Source: a bacterium (lineage in GTDB: Bacteria > Arandabacterota > Arandabacteria > Arandabacterales > JALGWA01). Taken from it: a stretch of DNA of 10,487 nt. The notes below the pieces were generated by a model that saw nothing but the letters and a program-made list of their open reading frames with translations, was not told where the DNA came from and ran no database searches. The stretch's first letter is position 1. Each line of letters starts with the position of its first letter. Positions 1-7,146 of the stretch are shown in pieces. The position numbers and the translations under genes were made by a program. The DNA lies in the NCBI GenBank assembly GCA_050125095.1, contig JASFEA010000112.1:1-10487 (forward strand), given 5' to 3'.

Positions 1-3000
1 GCCGTCCGCTGCGCCACTCGAGTTTGGGAGCGCCGTAAGGGCAGGCTGCGACGCACATTCCGCAGCCGGCGCAGATGTCCGCGTCCACGCTGGCGACGTT
101 CGCCACCGAGAGGTACTCATCCGAGCTTATGATGGTGCAGGCCCTCTCCGCAGCCGCCTTGGCCTGAGATATGGTCTCCTCCACCATTTTGGGCGAATGC
201 GCGAGACCGGCGAGGAAAATGCCCTCCGCCGAGAAGTCAACCGGCCTCAGCTTGACATGCGCCTCCATGAAGAAGTTGTCTTCATTGAGAGGGATCTTCA
301 GCATCTGCGAAAGGACCGACGCGTCCTCCTGGGGAACCATCGCCGGGGCCAGTATCACCTTTGAGGGCCTGATCTCCAGATCGGCCCCCAGCACGTGGTC
401 CCTCACCCTCACGGTGATCTTGCCGCCTTCCCCGTCTTCGCGCTCGATCACGGGTTTCCTGTCCTCGTCGTACCTTATGAAAGTGACCCCGAGAGCCCTT
501 GCCTCCTGGTAGTACGCCTCGTAGAAACCATATGTGCGGATGTCACGATAGAGGATATACACATTCATCCTGGGATTGATCTTCTTCAACCTTATGGCGT
601 TCTTTATGGCCTGTGTGCAGCATACCCTGGAGCAATACATGCGCTCTTCATCCCTGGAGCCGACGCATTGCACCATCACGACGTCCTTTACCTTCTTATA
701 CGCCGCCTCTCCCTTCTCGAGGTCGTCCTCCAGCTCGAGCTGGGTCATGACATCCGGCTCGCCGTCTCCGTATAGATATTCCTTCGGCTTCATCTCGTTC
801 GCGCCGGTCGCTATCAGTATCACGCCGTGCTCGAAGTCCTCTGTCTCCCCGCTGTCCTTCATCCTTATGGTGGTGACGTAATTTCCGATGTAGCCGTCGA
901 CGGCGGCGATCTCGGCGTTTGTGAAGACCTTGATGCGCTTGTGGTTCCCGATCTTCTCCTTGAGTTCCTCGAGGAATTCAACGACGCCCCTGCCATCGGG
1001 CATTCTCTTCAGGCGCACGAGATTGCCTCCGAGGCGCTCTTTCCGCTCCACCAGCGCCACTTCGAAGCCCTGCTCGGCTATCGACAGCGCGGCGGTCATC
1101 CCGGCCAGCCCCCCGCCGACTACCAGCCCCTTCTGCGTAACGGGCAGGGCCACGGAGTGCAACGGCTCCAGCAGGCGCGCCTTGCCGACCGCTATTCTCG
1201 TCAGGATCTTGGCCTTCTCGGTCGCTTTGGCGTGGTCGTCGCGATGCACCCAGCTGCAGTGGTTCCTTATATTGGCCATATCGAAGAGATAAGGATTCAG
1301 GCCCGACTCCTTGAGCGTTTCCTGGAAAAGCGGCTCATGAGTGCTCGGAGAACATGACGAAACCACGACCCGGTTGAGTTTCTGCTCCTCGATTACCTGT
1401 TTTATCTTCTCCTGTGTATCCTGAGAACAGGTGAAGAGGTTCTCCTCCGCATAGACGACATCCGGCAGCGTCCTTGCGTATTCGACAACTGACGGGACAT
1501 CCACGACGCTTCCGATGTTGATGCCGCAATGGCACACGAAGACGCCTATACGCGGCCTCTGGCCGCCGACGTCCTTCTCGGGCGGGTATTCCTTCTTGCT
1601 TATTTCCGTCCCGCGCGCATCGGCGAGGATCTCGCCGGCGCCGCCCACCGCCCCGGAGGCCTGCATGACCGTCTCGGGTATGTCCTTGGGCGACACGGCG
1701 GGGCCGCACACGAATACGCCGGGGCGGGTCGTATCCACCGGCGAATTCCCCGAGTGCTCGATGAAGCCGTACTGGTTCAGACGGATGCCCAGCTTGTCCG
1801 AGAGGTCTTTCATGTCTCTCCTCGGCGTAAGGCCGACCGAAAGCACCACGAGGTCGAATTCCTCCACGATGTTCTCGCCGCTTTCCGTGACGTAAAGGAC
1901 CTCGAGATTCCCGGACTTCTCTATCTCCCTTATCTTCCCTACCCTGGCCCGGATGAATCGCACCCCGGTATCCTTGGCCCTCTCATAGAACCGGTCGAAG
2001 TCCTTTCCGTACGCCCTGAGGTCCATGAAGAAAATCGCCGGCTCGACGGTTTCGACATGCTCCTTGGCTATAATGGCTTCCTTCATGGCATACATGCAGC
2101 ACACCGAGGAGCAGTAGGGCATGTGACAGTCCTCAGTCCTCGACCCCACGCATTGCAGCCACGCGACTTTAACCGGCACCTTGCCGTCCGAAGGCCTCTG
2201 GAGGTGCCCTTCATAGGGACCCGACGCCGCCAGGATTCTCTCGAATTCGATACTTGTCAGCACGTTCCTGTATCTTCCGTACCCGTATTCGTGGAGGGGA
2301 ACCGGATCATACTTGTCGGCCCCGGTGGTGATGATTATCGAACCCACGTTTATGTCCCGCATCTCTTCCTTCTGATCGAAGTCGATGGCGTCCGCTTCAC
2401 AGAACTCCTTGCAGATCTGGCAATCACCCGTGTTGAGGTGAATGCAGTACCTGGGATCGATATTGGCGTAATTGGGAACGGCCTGGGCATAGGGTATATA
2501 GGCCGCGGCCCTGTCCACCAGGCCCGCGTCGAACTCCGACTTGATTCTCATGGGCGTGTTCGCCGTTATCTCATCGAGCTTTATGCCAATACCGGTGGGG
2601 CAGACGCTGTAACAGGCCCCGCAGGTCTGGCACTCGTCCGAATGCGCGTCGAAGGCCGGTGATATAACCCGCCCGCTCCCCCTGTTGGAAAACGCAAGCA
2701 CCCCCCTGCCCATCCTCTCCTTGCAGATGCGCACGCACAATCCGCAGAGGATGCAGTCGTCGTTCTTGGGCTCGATCCTCTGCCCCGTCACGCCGAGCTC
2801 CCCGGCTATGGTCTTGATATTCTCGGAATCGGGGCACCTGGCGAGCAGGAGCTCCGCCATGAGCCTGCGCGTCTTTATGACCCTCTCGGTGGAAGTCCTG
2901 ACTGTCAGCCCTTCCCGTGCAGGGTAGTTGCACGAAGTCTGTATTGAAGTCCTGCCGCCGGCTTCGACTTCGACCAGGCAGAGTCGGCAGGCGCCGTACG

Positions 3001-3133
3001 GAGTAAGGGCCTTGTGATAGCAGAGCGTCGGGATCTTGATATCGAGCTTGGCGCATGCTTCGAGCAGCGTCGCTCCCTTCTCGACCTCGACGGGCCTGTC
3101 ATCGATCACGAGTTTGATCTTGTCGCTTTCCAT
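1..3133 (-). CDS. hdrA: NuoG/HydA-type N-terminal Fe-S domains fused to a tandem HdrA-like flavoprotein (C-terminal part of HdrA module 1 + full HdrA module 2); 3' end beyond window
   Basis: Hand translation from ATG 3133 (2 nt after the upstream TAG; GGTGG at 3145-3141) is open to position 2 (1044 codons). NuoG/HydA N-terminal part: MESDKIKLVIDDRPVEVEKGATLLEAC..IPTLCYH..GACRLCLVEV..TSC ([2Fe-2S]), CILCGLCVRIC and CQTCGACYSVCP. HdrA module 1 remainder: SEFDAGLVDRAAAYIPYAQAVP, YGYGRYRNVLTSIEFERIL, WLQCVGSR..YCSSVCCMYAMKEA, PKDIPETV. HdrA module 2: RIGVFVCHCGINIG, SCSPSTHE, NIRNHCSWVH, VVGGGLAG, QCVGSR..YCSRVCCTQAIKNA, FFMEAHVKLRPVD, CAGCGMCVAACP. Probably absent from the ORF track because it has no stop in the window. 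Confidence 0.93.
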   Translation of the reverse strand, partial: MESDKIKLVIDDRPVEVEKGATLLEACAKLDIKIPTLCYHKALTPYGACRLCLVEVEAGGRTSIQTSCNYPAREGLTVRTSTERVIKTRRLMAELLLARCPDSENIKTIAGELGVTGQRIEPKNDDCILCGLCVRICKERMGRGVLAFSNRGSGRVISPAFDAHSDECQTCGACYSVCPTGIGIKLDEITANTPMRIKSEFDAGLVDRAAAYIPYAQAVPNYANIDPRYCIHLNTGDCQICKEFCEADAIDFDQKEEMRDINVGSIIITTGADKYDPVPLHEYGYGRYRNVLTSIEFERILAASGPYEGHLQRPSDGKVPVKVAWLQCVGSRTEDCHMPYCSSVCCMYAMKEAIIAKEHVETVEPAIFFMDLRAYGKDFDRFYERAKDTGVRFIRARVGKIREIEKSGNLEVLYVTESGENIVEEFDLVVLSVGLTPRRDMKDLSDKLGIRLNQYGFIEHSGNSPVDTTRPGVFVCGPAVSPKDIPETVMQASGAVGGAGEILADARGTEISKKEYPPEKDVGGQRPRIGVFVCHCGINIGSVVDVPSVVEYARTLPDVVYAEENLFTCSQDTQEKIKQVIEEQKLNRVVVSSCSPSTHEPLFQETLKESGLNPYLFDMANIRNHCSWVHRDDHAKATEKAKILTRIAVGKARLLEPLHSVALPVTQKGLVVGGGLAGMTAALSIAEQGFEVALVERKERLGGNLVRLKRMPDGRGVVEFLEELKEKIGNHKRIKVFTNAEIAAVDGYIGNYVTTIRMKDSGETEDFEHGVILIATGANEMKPKEYLYGDGEPDVMTQLELEDDLEKGEAAYKKVKDVVMVQCVGSRDEERMYCSRVCCTQAIKNAIRLKKINPRMNVYILYRDIRTYGFYEAYYQEARALGVTFIRYDEDRKPVIEREDGEGGKITVRVRDHVLGADLEIRPSKVILAPAMVPQEDASVLSQMLKIPLNEDNFFMEAHVKLRPVDFSAEGIFLAGLAHSPKMVEETISQAKAAAERACTIISSDEYLSVANVASVDADICAGCGMCVAACPYGAPKLEWRSGR

Positions 3134-3135
3134 TT

Positions 3136-5043
3136 CTATTCCACCATGACCGCGCCGAACTTGCAGACATCAAAACAAGCTCCGCACTTTGTGCACCTGA
3201 CCGGGTCGATCGAATGGGGCTTCTTGGGCTGGCCCGTTATCGCGCCGACCGCGCAGTTCTTGAGGCAGAGAGTACATCCGGTACAGGTCTCCGCGTCTAT
3301 GCTGTATGTGATAAGGCCCTTGCAGACATGGGCCGGGCACTTGCCCGACTCCGTATGGGCTCTGTACTCGTCTCTGAAATACTCAATAGTGGAAAGCACG
3401 GGATTGGACAGCGTCTGGCCCAGCCCGCACTGCGAAGCGTCCTTGACTGCCTCTCCAAGCTCAAGCAGGAACTCGATGTCTTCAGGCTTCCCGTTGCCCT
3501 GAGTTATCCTCTCGAGCGTCCTCAGCATCAACTCGCTGCCTTCTCTGCACGAGGTGCACTTGCCGCAGGATTCGTCATTCGTGAACTCGAGGAAGTACTT
3601 GGCGATATCGACAACGCAGGTGTCCTCATCCATTACCACCATGCCGCCGGACCCCATTATGGACCCGGCCTCGGCCAGCCGCTCATAATCGACGGGCAGG
3701 TCTATCAGCGACGCCGGTATGCAGCCCCCTGACGGACCGCCGGTCTGAATCGCCTTGAACTCCTTGTCCTCCAGGATGCCCTCGCCGACTTCGAATATTA
3801 TCTCCCTGAGCGTGATGCCCATCGGCACCTCCACGAGGCCGGTGTTCTTTACCTTCCCGACGAGAGAAAACACCTTTGTGCCTTTGGACTTCTCCGTGCC
3901 GATTCCGGCATACCAGGAGCTGCCCTTCTCGATTATCGCCGGGACATTCGCCCAGGTCTCCACGTTGTTGATATTGGTGGGACTGTCCCACAGCCCCGAT
4001 TCGGCAGGGAAAGGAGGCCTGTTCCTCGGCTCCGGCGAGATACCCTCGATGGAGTGTATGAGAGACGTCTCTTCCCCGCAGACAAAGGCTCCCGATCCTT
4101 CGCGGATCCTGATATCGAAGGAGAATCCGGAGCCGAAGATGTTCTCACCCAGGAATCCCGCCGACGTGGCCTGCTGTAGCGCCCTCTGGAGCCTCTCAAT
4201 CGCCAGCGGGTACTCGCTTCTCACATATATGAACCCTCTCTGGGCCCCTATGGCGTAGCCGCCGATTATCATGCCCTCGATCACCGTGTGGGGATCTCCC
4301 TCGAGAACCGACCTGTCCATGTAGGCTCCCGGGTCGCCTTCATCGGCGTTGCATATGATGTACTTGGCGTCTCCCTCGGCCCTCCTCGTAAACTCCCATT
4401 TGAGGCCGGTGGGGAATCCCCCGCCTCCGCGCCCCCTCAGGCCGGACTTCTTTACCTCATCGATGACCTGCTCCGGTGACATATCCGTGAGGACCCTGTA
4501 TAGCGACCTGTAACCCGACCGGGCGACGTACTCCTCGATGCAACCCGGGTCTATATACCCGCAGTTTCTTAAGGCGATCTTCACCTGCTTGGCAAAGAAC
4601 GGGACTTCCTCGTAGAGAGGTATTCCCGCGATCCCGTTGTCGCCGGCGTCGCGTTCATACTCCTTAAACTCCTCGCCGAGCAGCGTTTCCCTGTCATGCC
4701 TGCAGAGCACGTATTCTTCAGGGAATTTGCCTTCCTTGAGAGCGTCTATGAGCTCCGCCGCTTTGGGAGCGCTCATTTCGGCAAGGGTGAGCCTTGGTTT
4801 GCCAGGGATATATACGTCCACAAGGGGCTCCCTCTGGCAGAACCCGAGGCATCCCGTGGGCGACAGCACCGCTTCGAGGCCCGTCCGGGCGATTGACTTC
4901 TCGAGTTCATCGAATACGTCCTGGGCCCCGGTGGCAAGACCGCAGGTGGCCATACCCACGGCGATCTTGATGGTGCCCGGGTACATGGACTCGAGGCCCT
5001 TCTTGCCAAGGTCCTCCAACCTCTTCGTACTCTCAGCGCTCAT
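3136..5043 (-). CDS. nuoF: NADH/FMN-binding NuoF/HydB-like subunit (about 635 aa) with N-terminal thioredoxin-like [2Fe-2S] domain and C-terminal 2x[4Fe-4S]
   Basis: Motifs SGLRGRGGGGFPTG, CNADEGDPGAYMDR, GAFVCGEETSL, NNVET, GGPSGGC, ESCGKCTSCREG..SQCGLG. N-terminal GMATCG..TGCLGFCQREP; C-terminal CTGCTLCLKNC and CTKCGACFDVC. Start placed at ATG 5043 (ATGA overlap with the upstream stop; AAGGA at 5054-5050) instead of the track's 5145. The architecture is that of a soluble HydB-type protein, not respiratory complex I. Confidence 0.93.
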   Translation of the reverse strand: MSAESTKRLEDLGKKGLESMYPGTIKIAVGMATCGLATGAQDVFDELEKSIARTGLEAVLSPTGCLGFCQREPLVDVYIPGKPRLTLAEMSAPKAAELIDALKEGKFPEEYVLCRHDRETLLGEEFKEYERDAGDNGIAGIPLYEEVPFFAKQVKIALRNCGYIDPGCIEEYVARSGYRSLYRVLTDMSPEQVIDEVKKSGLRGRGGGGFPTGLKWEFTRRAEGDAKYIICNADEGDPGAYMDRSVLEGDPHTVIEGMIIGGYAIGAQRGFIYVRSEYPLAIERLQRALQQATSAGFLGENIFGSGFSFDIRIREGSGAFVCGEETSLIHSIEGISPEPRNRPPFPAESGLWDSPTNINNVETWANVPAIIEKGSSWYAGIGTEKSKGTKVFSLVGKVKNTGLVEVPMGITLREIIFEVGEGILEDKEFKAIQTGGPSGGCIPASLIDLPVDYERLAEAGSIMGSGGMVVMDEDTCVVDIAKYFLEFTNDESCGKCTSCREGSELMLRTLERITQGNGKPEDIEFLLELGEAVKDASQCGLGQTLSNPVLSTIEYFRDEYRAHTESGKCPAHVCKGLITYSIDAETCTGCTLCLKNCAVGAITGQPKKPHSIDPVRCTKCGACFDVCKFGAVMVE

Positions 5044-5942
5044 TTGTAATCCTTCAGTATCTTCGGCAGGTCGCTGATCTTGACCCGCCCGTAGACCTTG
5101 TCGTTTACCATTATCGCCGGAGCGAGACTGCAGCAACCGAGACATCTGGCCGATTCAATTGTGAACCGCATGTCCTCGGTCGTGCCGCCCGGCGCCGTGT
5201 CCAGCTGCTCGCACAGTCTCTGCAGCAGCTTGTCGGCTCCCCTGACGTAACAGGTCGTCCCCATGCACACGCTGATCTTGTGCCTGCCCCTCGGCTCCAG
5301 GCTGAACGCGTTGTAGAACTTCGCGATGCTGTAGATGTCGGATATTTTGACTTCGAGCTCGACGGCCACGTAACGGAGGACTTCCTTCGGAAGGTAGTTG
5401 TATTGCCTGTTGATCTCCTGCAGCACCGGCATCAGGCTGCCCCTGCGGCCCCTGTGCTTATCCAGGATCCCGTCCACGATGTCCCGGTCCTTCTTCTCGA
5501 TTTCGAGCTCGGGCGCCTCTATCTGATACACCGCCCTGGTCACGGGGCAGTTCTGGGTGCACGCGCCGCAGCCGGTGCACTTGGCGGGATCGATGTATCT
5601 CGGCTTCTGCTTGACCCTGACCTCGAAGTTGCCCGCCTCGCCCGTAACTTCCTCGAGCTCCGAGTTGGTGATCAGATCGATATTCAGGTGCCGCCCGCAG
5701 GCCACCAGCTTAGGGGAAATCACGCACATGGCGCAGTCGTTCGTGGGGAAGGTCTTGTCCAGCTGCGCCATGGTCCCGCCGATCGCCGGTGTCTCTTCGA
5801 GCAGGTATACCTTGAATCCCGAGTCTGCGAGGTCGAGCGAGGACTGGATCCCGGCTATGCCTCCCCCTACTACCATTACCGCCCCGGATTTCGCCTTCTT
5901 ATCCTCTTTGTCCATCTGATCAGCTTCCCGCTTTTCGTTCAT
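5040..5942 (-). CDS. Fusion of HdrA N-terminal fragment (FAD-binding beta-alpha-beta + one [4Fe-4S] motif) with NuoE/HydC-like [2Fe-2S] domain
   Basis: N-half is HdrA-like: AVMVVGGGIAGIQSSLDLADSGFKVYLLE..IGGTMAQLDKTFPTNDCAMCVISPKL..PRYIDPAKCTGCGACTQNCPV. C-half is NuoE/HydC-like: LMPVLQEINRQYNYLP..FYNAFSLEPRGRHKISVCMGTTCYVRG..RCLGCCSLAP. Alternative start at ATG 5915. Confidence 0.92.
   Translation of the reverse strand: MNEKREADQMDKEDKKAKSGAVMVVGGGIAGIQSSLDLADSGFKVYLLEETPAIGGTMAQLDKTFPTNDCAMCVISPKLVACGRHLNIDLITNSELEEVTGEAGNFEVRVKQKPRYIDPAKCTGCGACTQNCPVTRAVYQIEAPELEIEKKDRDIVDGILDKHRGRRGSLMPVLQEINRQYNYLPKEVLRYVAVELEVKISDIYSIAKFYNAFSLEPRGRHKISVCMGTTCYVRGADKLLQRLCEQLDTAPGGTTEDMRFTIESARCLGCCSLAPAIMVNDKVYGRVKISDLPKILKDYK
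5050..5054 (-). promoter_or_regulatory. Shine-Dalgarno site for the NuoF/HydB-like gene (translational coupling)
   Basis: AAGGA 6 nt upstream of ATG 5043, which overlaps the upstream TGA (ATGA). Confidence 0.6.
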
Positions 5943-5955
5943 CCCTTACTGACCC

Positions 5956-7092
5956 CTAGGCCCCGCCGGCCCTTAGCCTCTCCAGCGTCGCCTCTCCGCG
6001 CCGTTTCTTGAGCTCCGCGAATTCCTCCACAAGAGATACTATCCTCTGTCTTTCTCCCGCACGTTCCTGCGCCGACTGTCTCGATATACACTGAAGTCCT
6101 CCGTTGTACAGGGCGTCCGCGAACATCTCTTTACCCTTTATGCTGCGGATCAATACCGTCGTGTATCCGTCGGGGGAGCCCAGGCCTCCGACGGAGATAT
6201 CCGCAAAGTCGTTCGCGAAGAGCCGGCAGGCAAGGCACGCGGGCCTGGCGATTTCCTCGATCTCCTTCAGGGGAATATGAATGGTAATTCCGGATTTCAT
6301 CTTAAGGACGAAATCCTCCTTGATGTTCACCCTCGCTATATCTTCAACCTTGATCTTGTGGGACTTGATGACTTCCTTCTCCATCAGGTTGCCTACCTCG
6401 AAGCACTGCATGCAGAAGAGCCCGATGGCGAAAGTGACCATGTCCGACGGTGTGATCTGGAGGATCTGCATTTTCCTTATCGCGTCTATCTGGCAGGGGG
6501 TCCCGACGACGGCCAATTTCCTCACCTTCTTCGGCGCGATATCCTGTATGGACTTGACGACAGGAACGTAGGTCGTGTAACCCTTGCCGACTTCCTCGAG
6601 ATGAGGAGATTCTTCGAACTGCGAACCTGCCGCCTGCAGGAGTTCTTCCCGGGTGGTCGCGACCACGGCCTTCCTGCGCAGAGGGTCGGCGCTTACGGAC
6701 ACGACGGCCCCGTCGATGAGGCCCTTATCGAGCATGTGAATCAAGAGCGATGTCACGACGCCGCCGTCCGTCGCCCTGTCCCGGACTTCCGTATGGGCGC
6801 TCCTGGCAGAGAAGACGTCCAGCACGTTCCCGATAGGGGGTTTCCACCTGAAGTGCTCGTCGACTTCGTCCTTCATGGGATGAGTCTGCGGACAGACCAT
6901 ATAACAGAGCCCGCACTCCAGGCACTTGTCCTTGTCCCCGTATGACGGGAAGCCCGCTTCGTCCATCACCAGCGCCCCTATCCTGTTCGCGGAACAGAAT
7001 GAAACGCATCCCCCGCACTTGCCGCATATGCCCTGTTTGATGACTTCGGATTCAAGATCCGCGAATGACCACGTTCGGCCTTTTTCCATCAT
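5956..7092 (-). CDS. Coenzyme F420 hydrogenase/dehydrogenase beta-subunit family protein (FrhB/FdhB/FpoF-like) with N-terminal 2x[4Fe-4S] ferredoxin domain
   Basis: CGKCGGCVSFC and CLECGLCYMVCP, then FrhB-family motifs TDGGVVTSLL, VVGTPCQIDAIRK, IGLFCM, CLAC..ADISVGGLGS. The start could be the second ATG (7089), which gives better spacing to the upstream AGGGA. Confidence 0.88.
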   Translation of the reverse strand: MMEKGRTWSFADLESEVIKQGICGKCGGCVSFCSANRIGALVMDEAGFPSYGDKDKCLECGLCYMVCPQTHPMKDEVDEHFRWKPPIGNVLDVFSARSAHTEVRDRATDGGVVTSLLIHMLDKGLIDGAVVSVSADPLRRKAVVATTREELLQAAGSQFEESPHLEEVGKGYTTYVPVVKSIQDIAPKKVRKLAVVGTPCQIDAIRKMQILQITPSDMVTFAIGLFCMQCFEVGNLMEKEVIKSHKIKVEDIARVNIKEDFVLKMKSGITIHIPLKEIEEIARPACLACRLFANDFADISVGGLGSPDGYTTVLIRSIKGKEMFADALYNGGLQCISRQSAQERAGERQRIVSLVEEFAELKKRRGEATLERLRAGGA

Positions 7093-7108
7093 GTTTCCCT
7101 ACCGTATG

Positions 7109-7131
7109 ACCCCGATCCTGTCGACCGGGGC
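7109..7131 (-). other. Intergenic RNA stem-loop between hdrC and the FrhB-like gene
   Basis: mRNA GCCCCGGUC-GACAG-GAUCGGGGU: 9-bp stem including two G-U pairs, no following U-tract. Confidence 0.5.
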
Positions 7132-7146
7132 GCCTGTCCCACCGGT

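Noticed and set aside
1109-2706. C6 homopolymer runs (1109-1114, 2701-2706) as slippage or phase-variation sites
   Set aside because: They are short, in frame, and explained by Gly-containing codons (GGGLAG; RGV).
1335-3102. Minus-strand track ORFs 1335-1709, 2571-3056 and 2905-3102 as genes, or as evidence for a fragmented pseudogene
   Set aside because: They are alternative frames inside the uninterrupted frame starting at 3133, which holds all the conserved motifs.
5044-5145. Longer N-terminus for the NuoF-like gene (start 5145)
   Set aside because: It would overlap the conserved NuoE C-terminus by about 100 nt; ATG 5043 has an SD-like site and an ATGA overlap.
2590-5480. Respiratory complex I nuoEFG or an [FeFe]-hydrogenase operon
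   Set aside because: No membrane or other nuo genes, no H-cluster motifs, and both flanking subunits are fused to HdrA parts.
2540-5540. The inserted cassette as a mobile element, intron or intein
   Set aside because: I saw no transposase, endonuclease or intein motifs and no terminal or direct repeats at the junctions; the insert encodes only redox domains.
5040-5760. Selenocysteine recoding (HdrA TND-C/U position; TGA stops at 5042-5040 and 8464-8462)
   Set aside because: The HdrA motif uses TGC codons (GAC TGC GCC ATG TGC). Both TGA codons end complete domains and form ATGA overlaps with the next start. I found no in-frame TGA in the large gene.
7109-7131. Intrinsic terminator
   Set aside because: No U-rich tract follows the stem on either strand, and the downstream genes appear to continue the operon.
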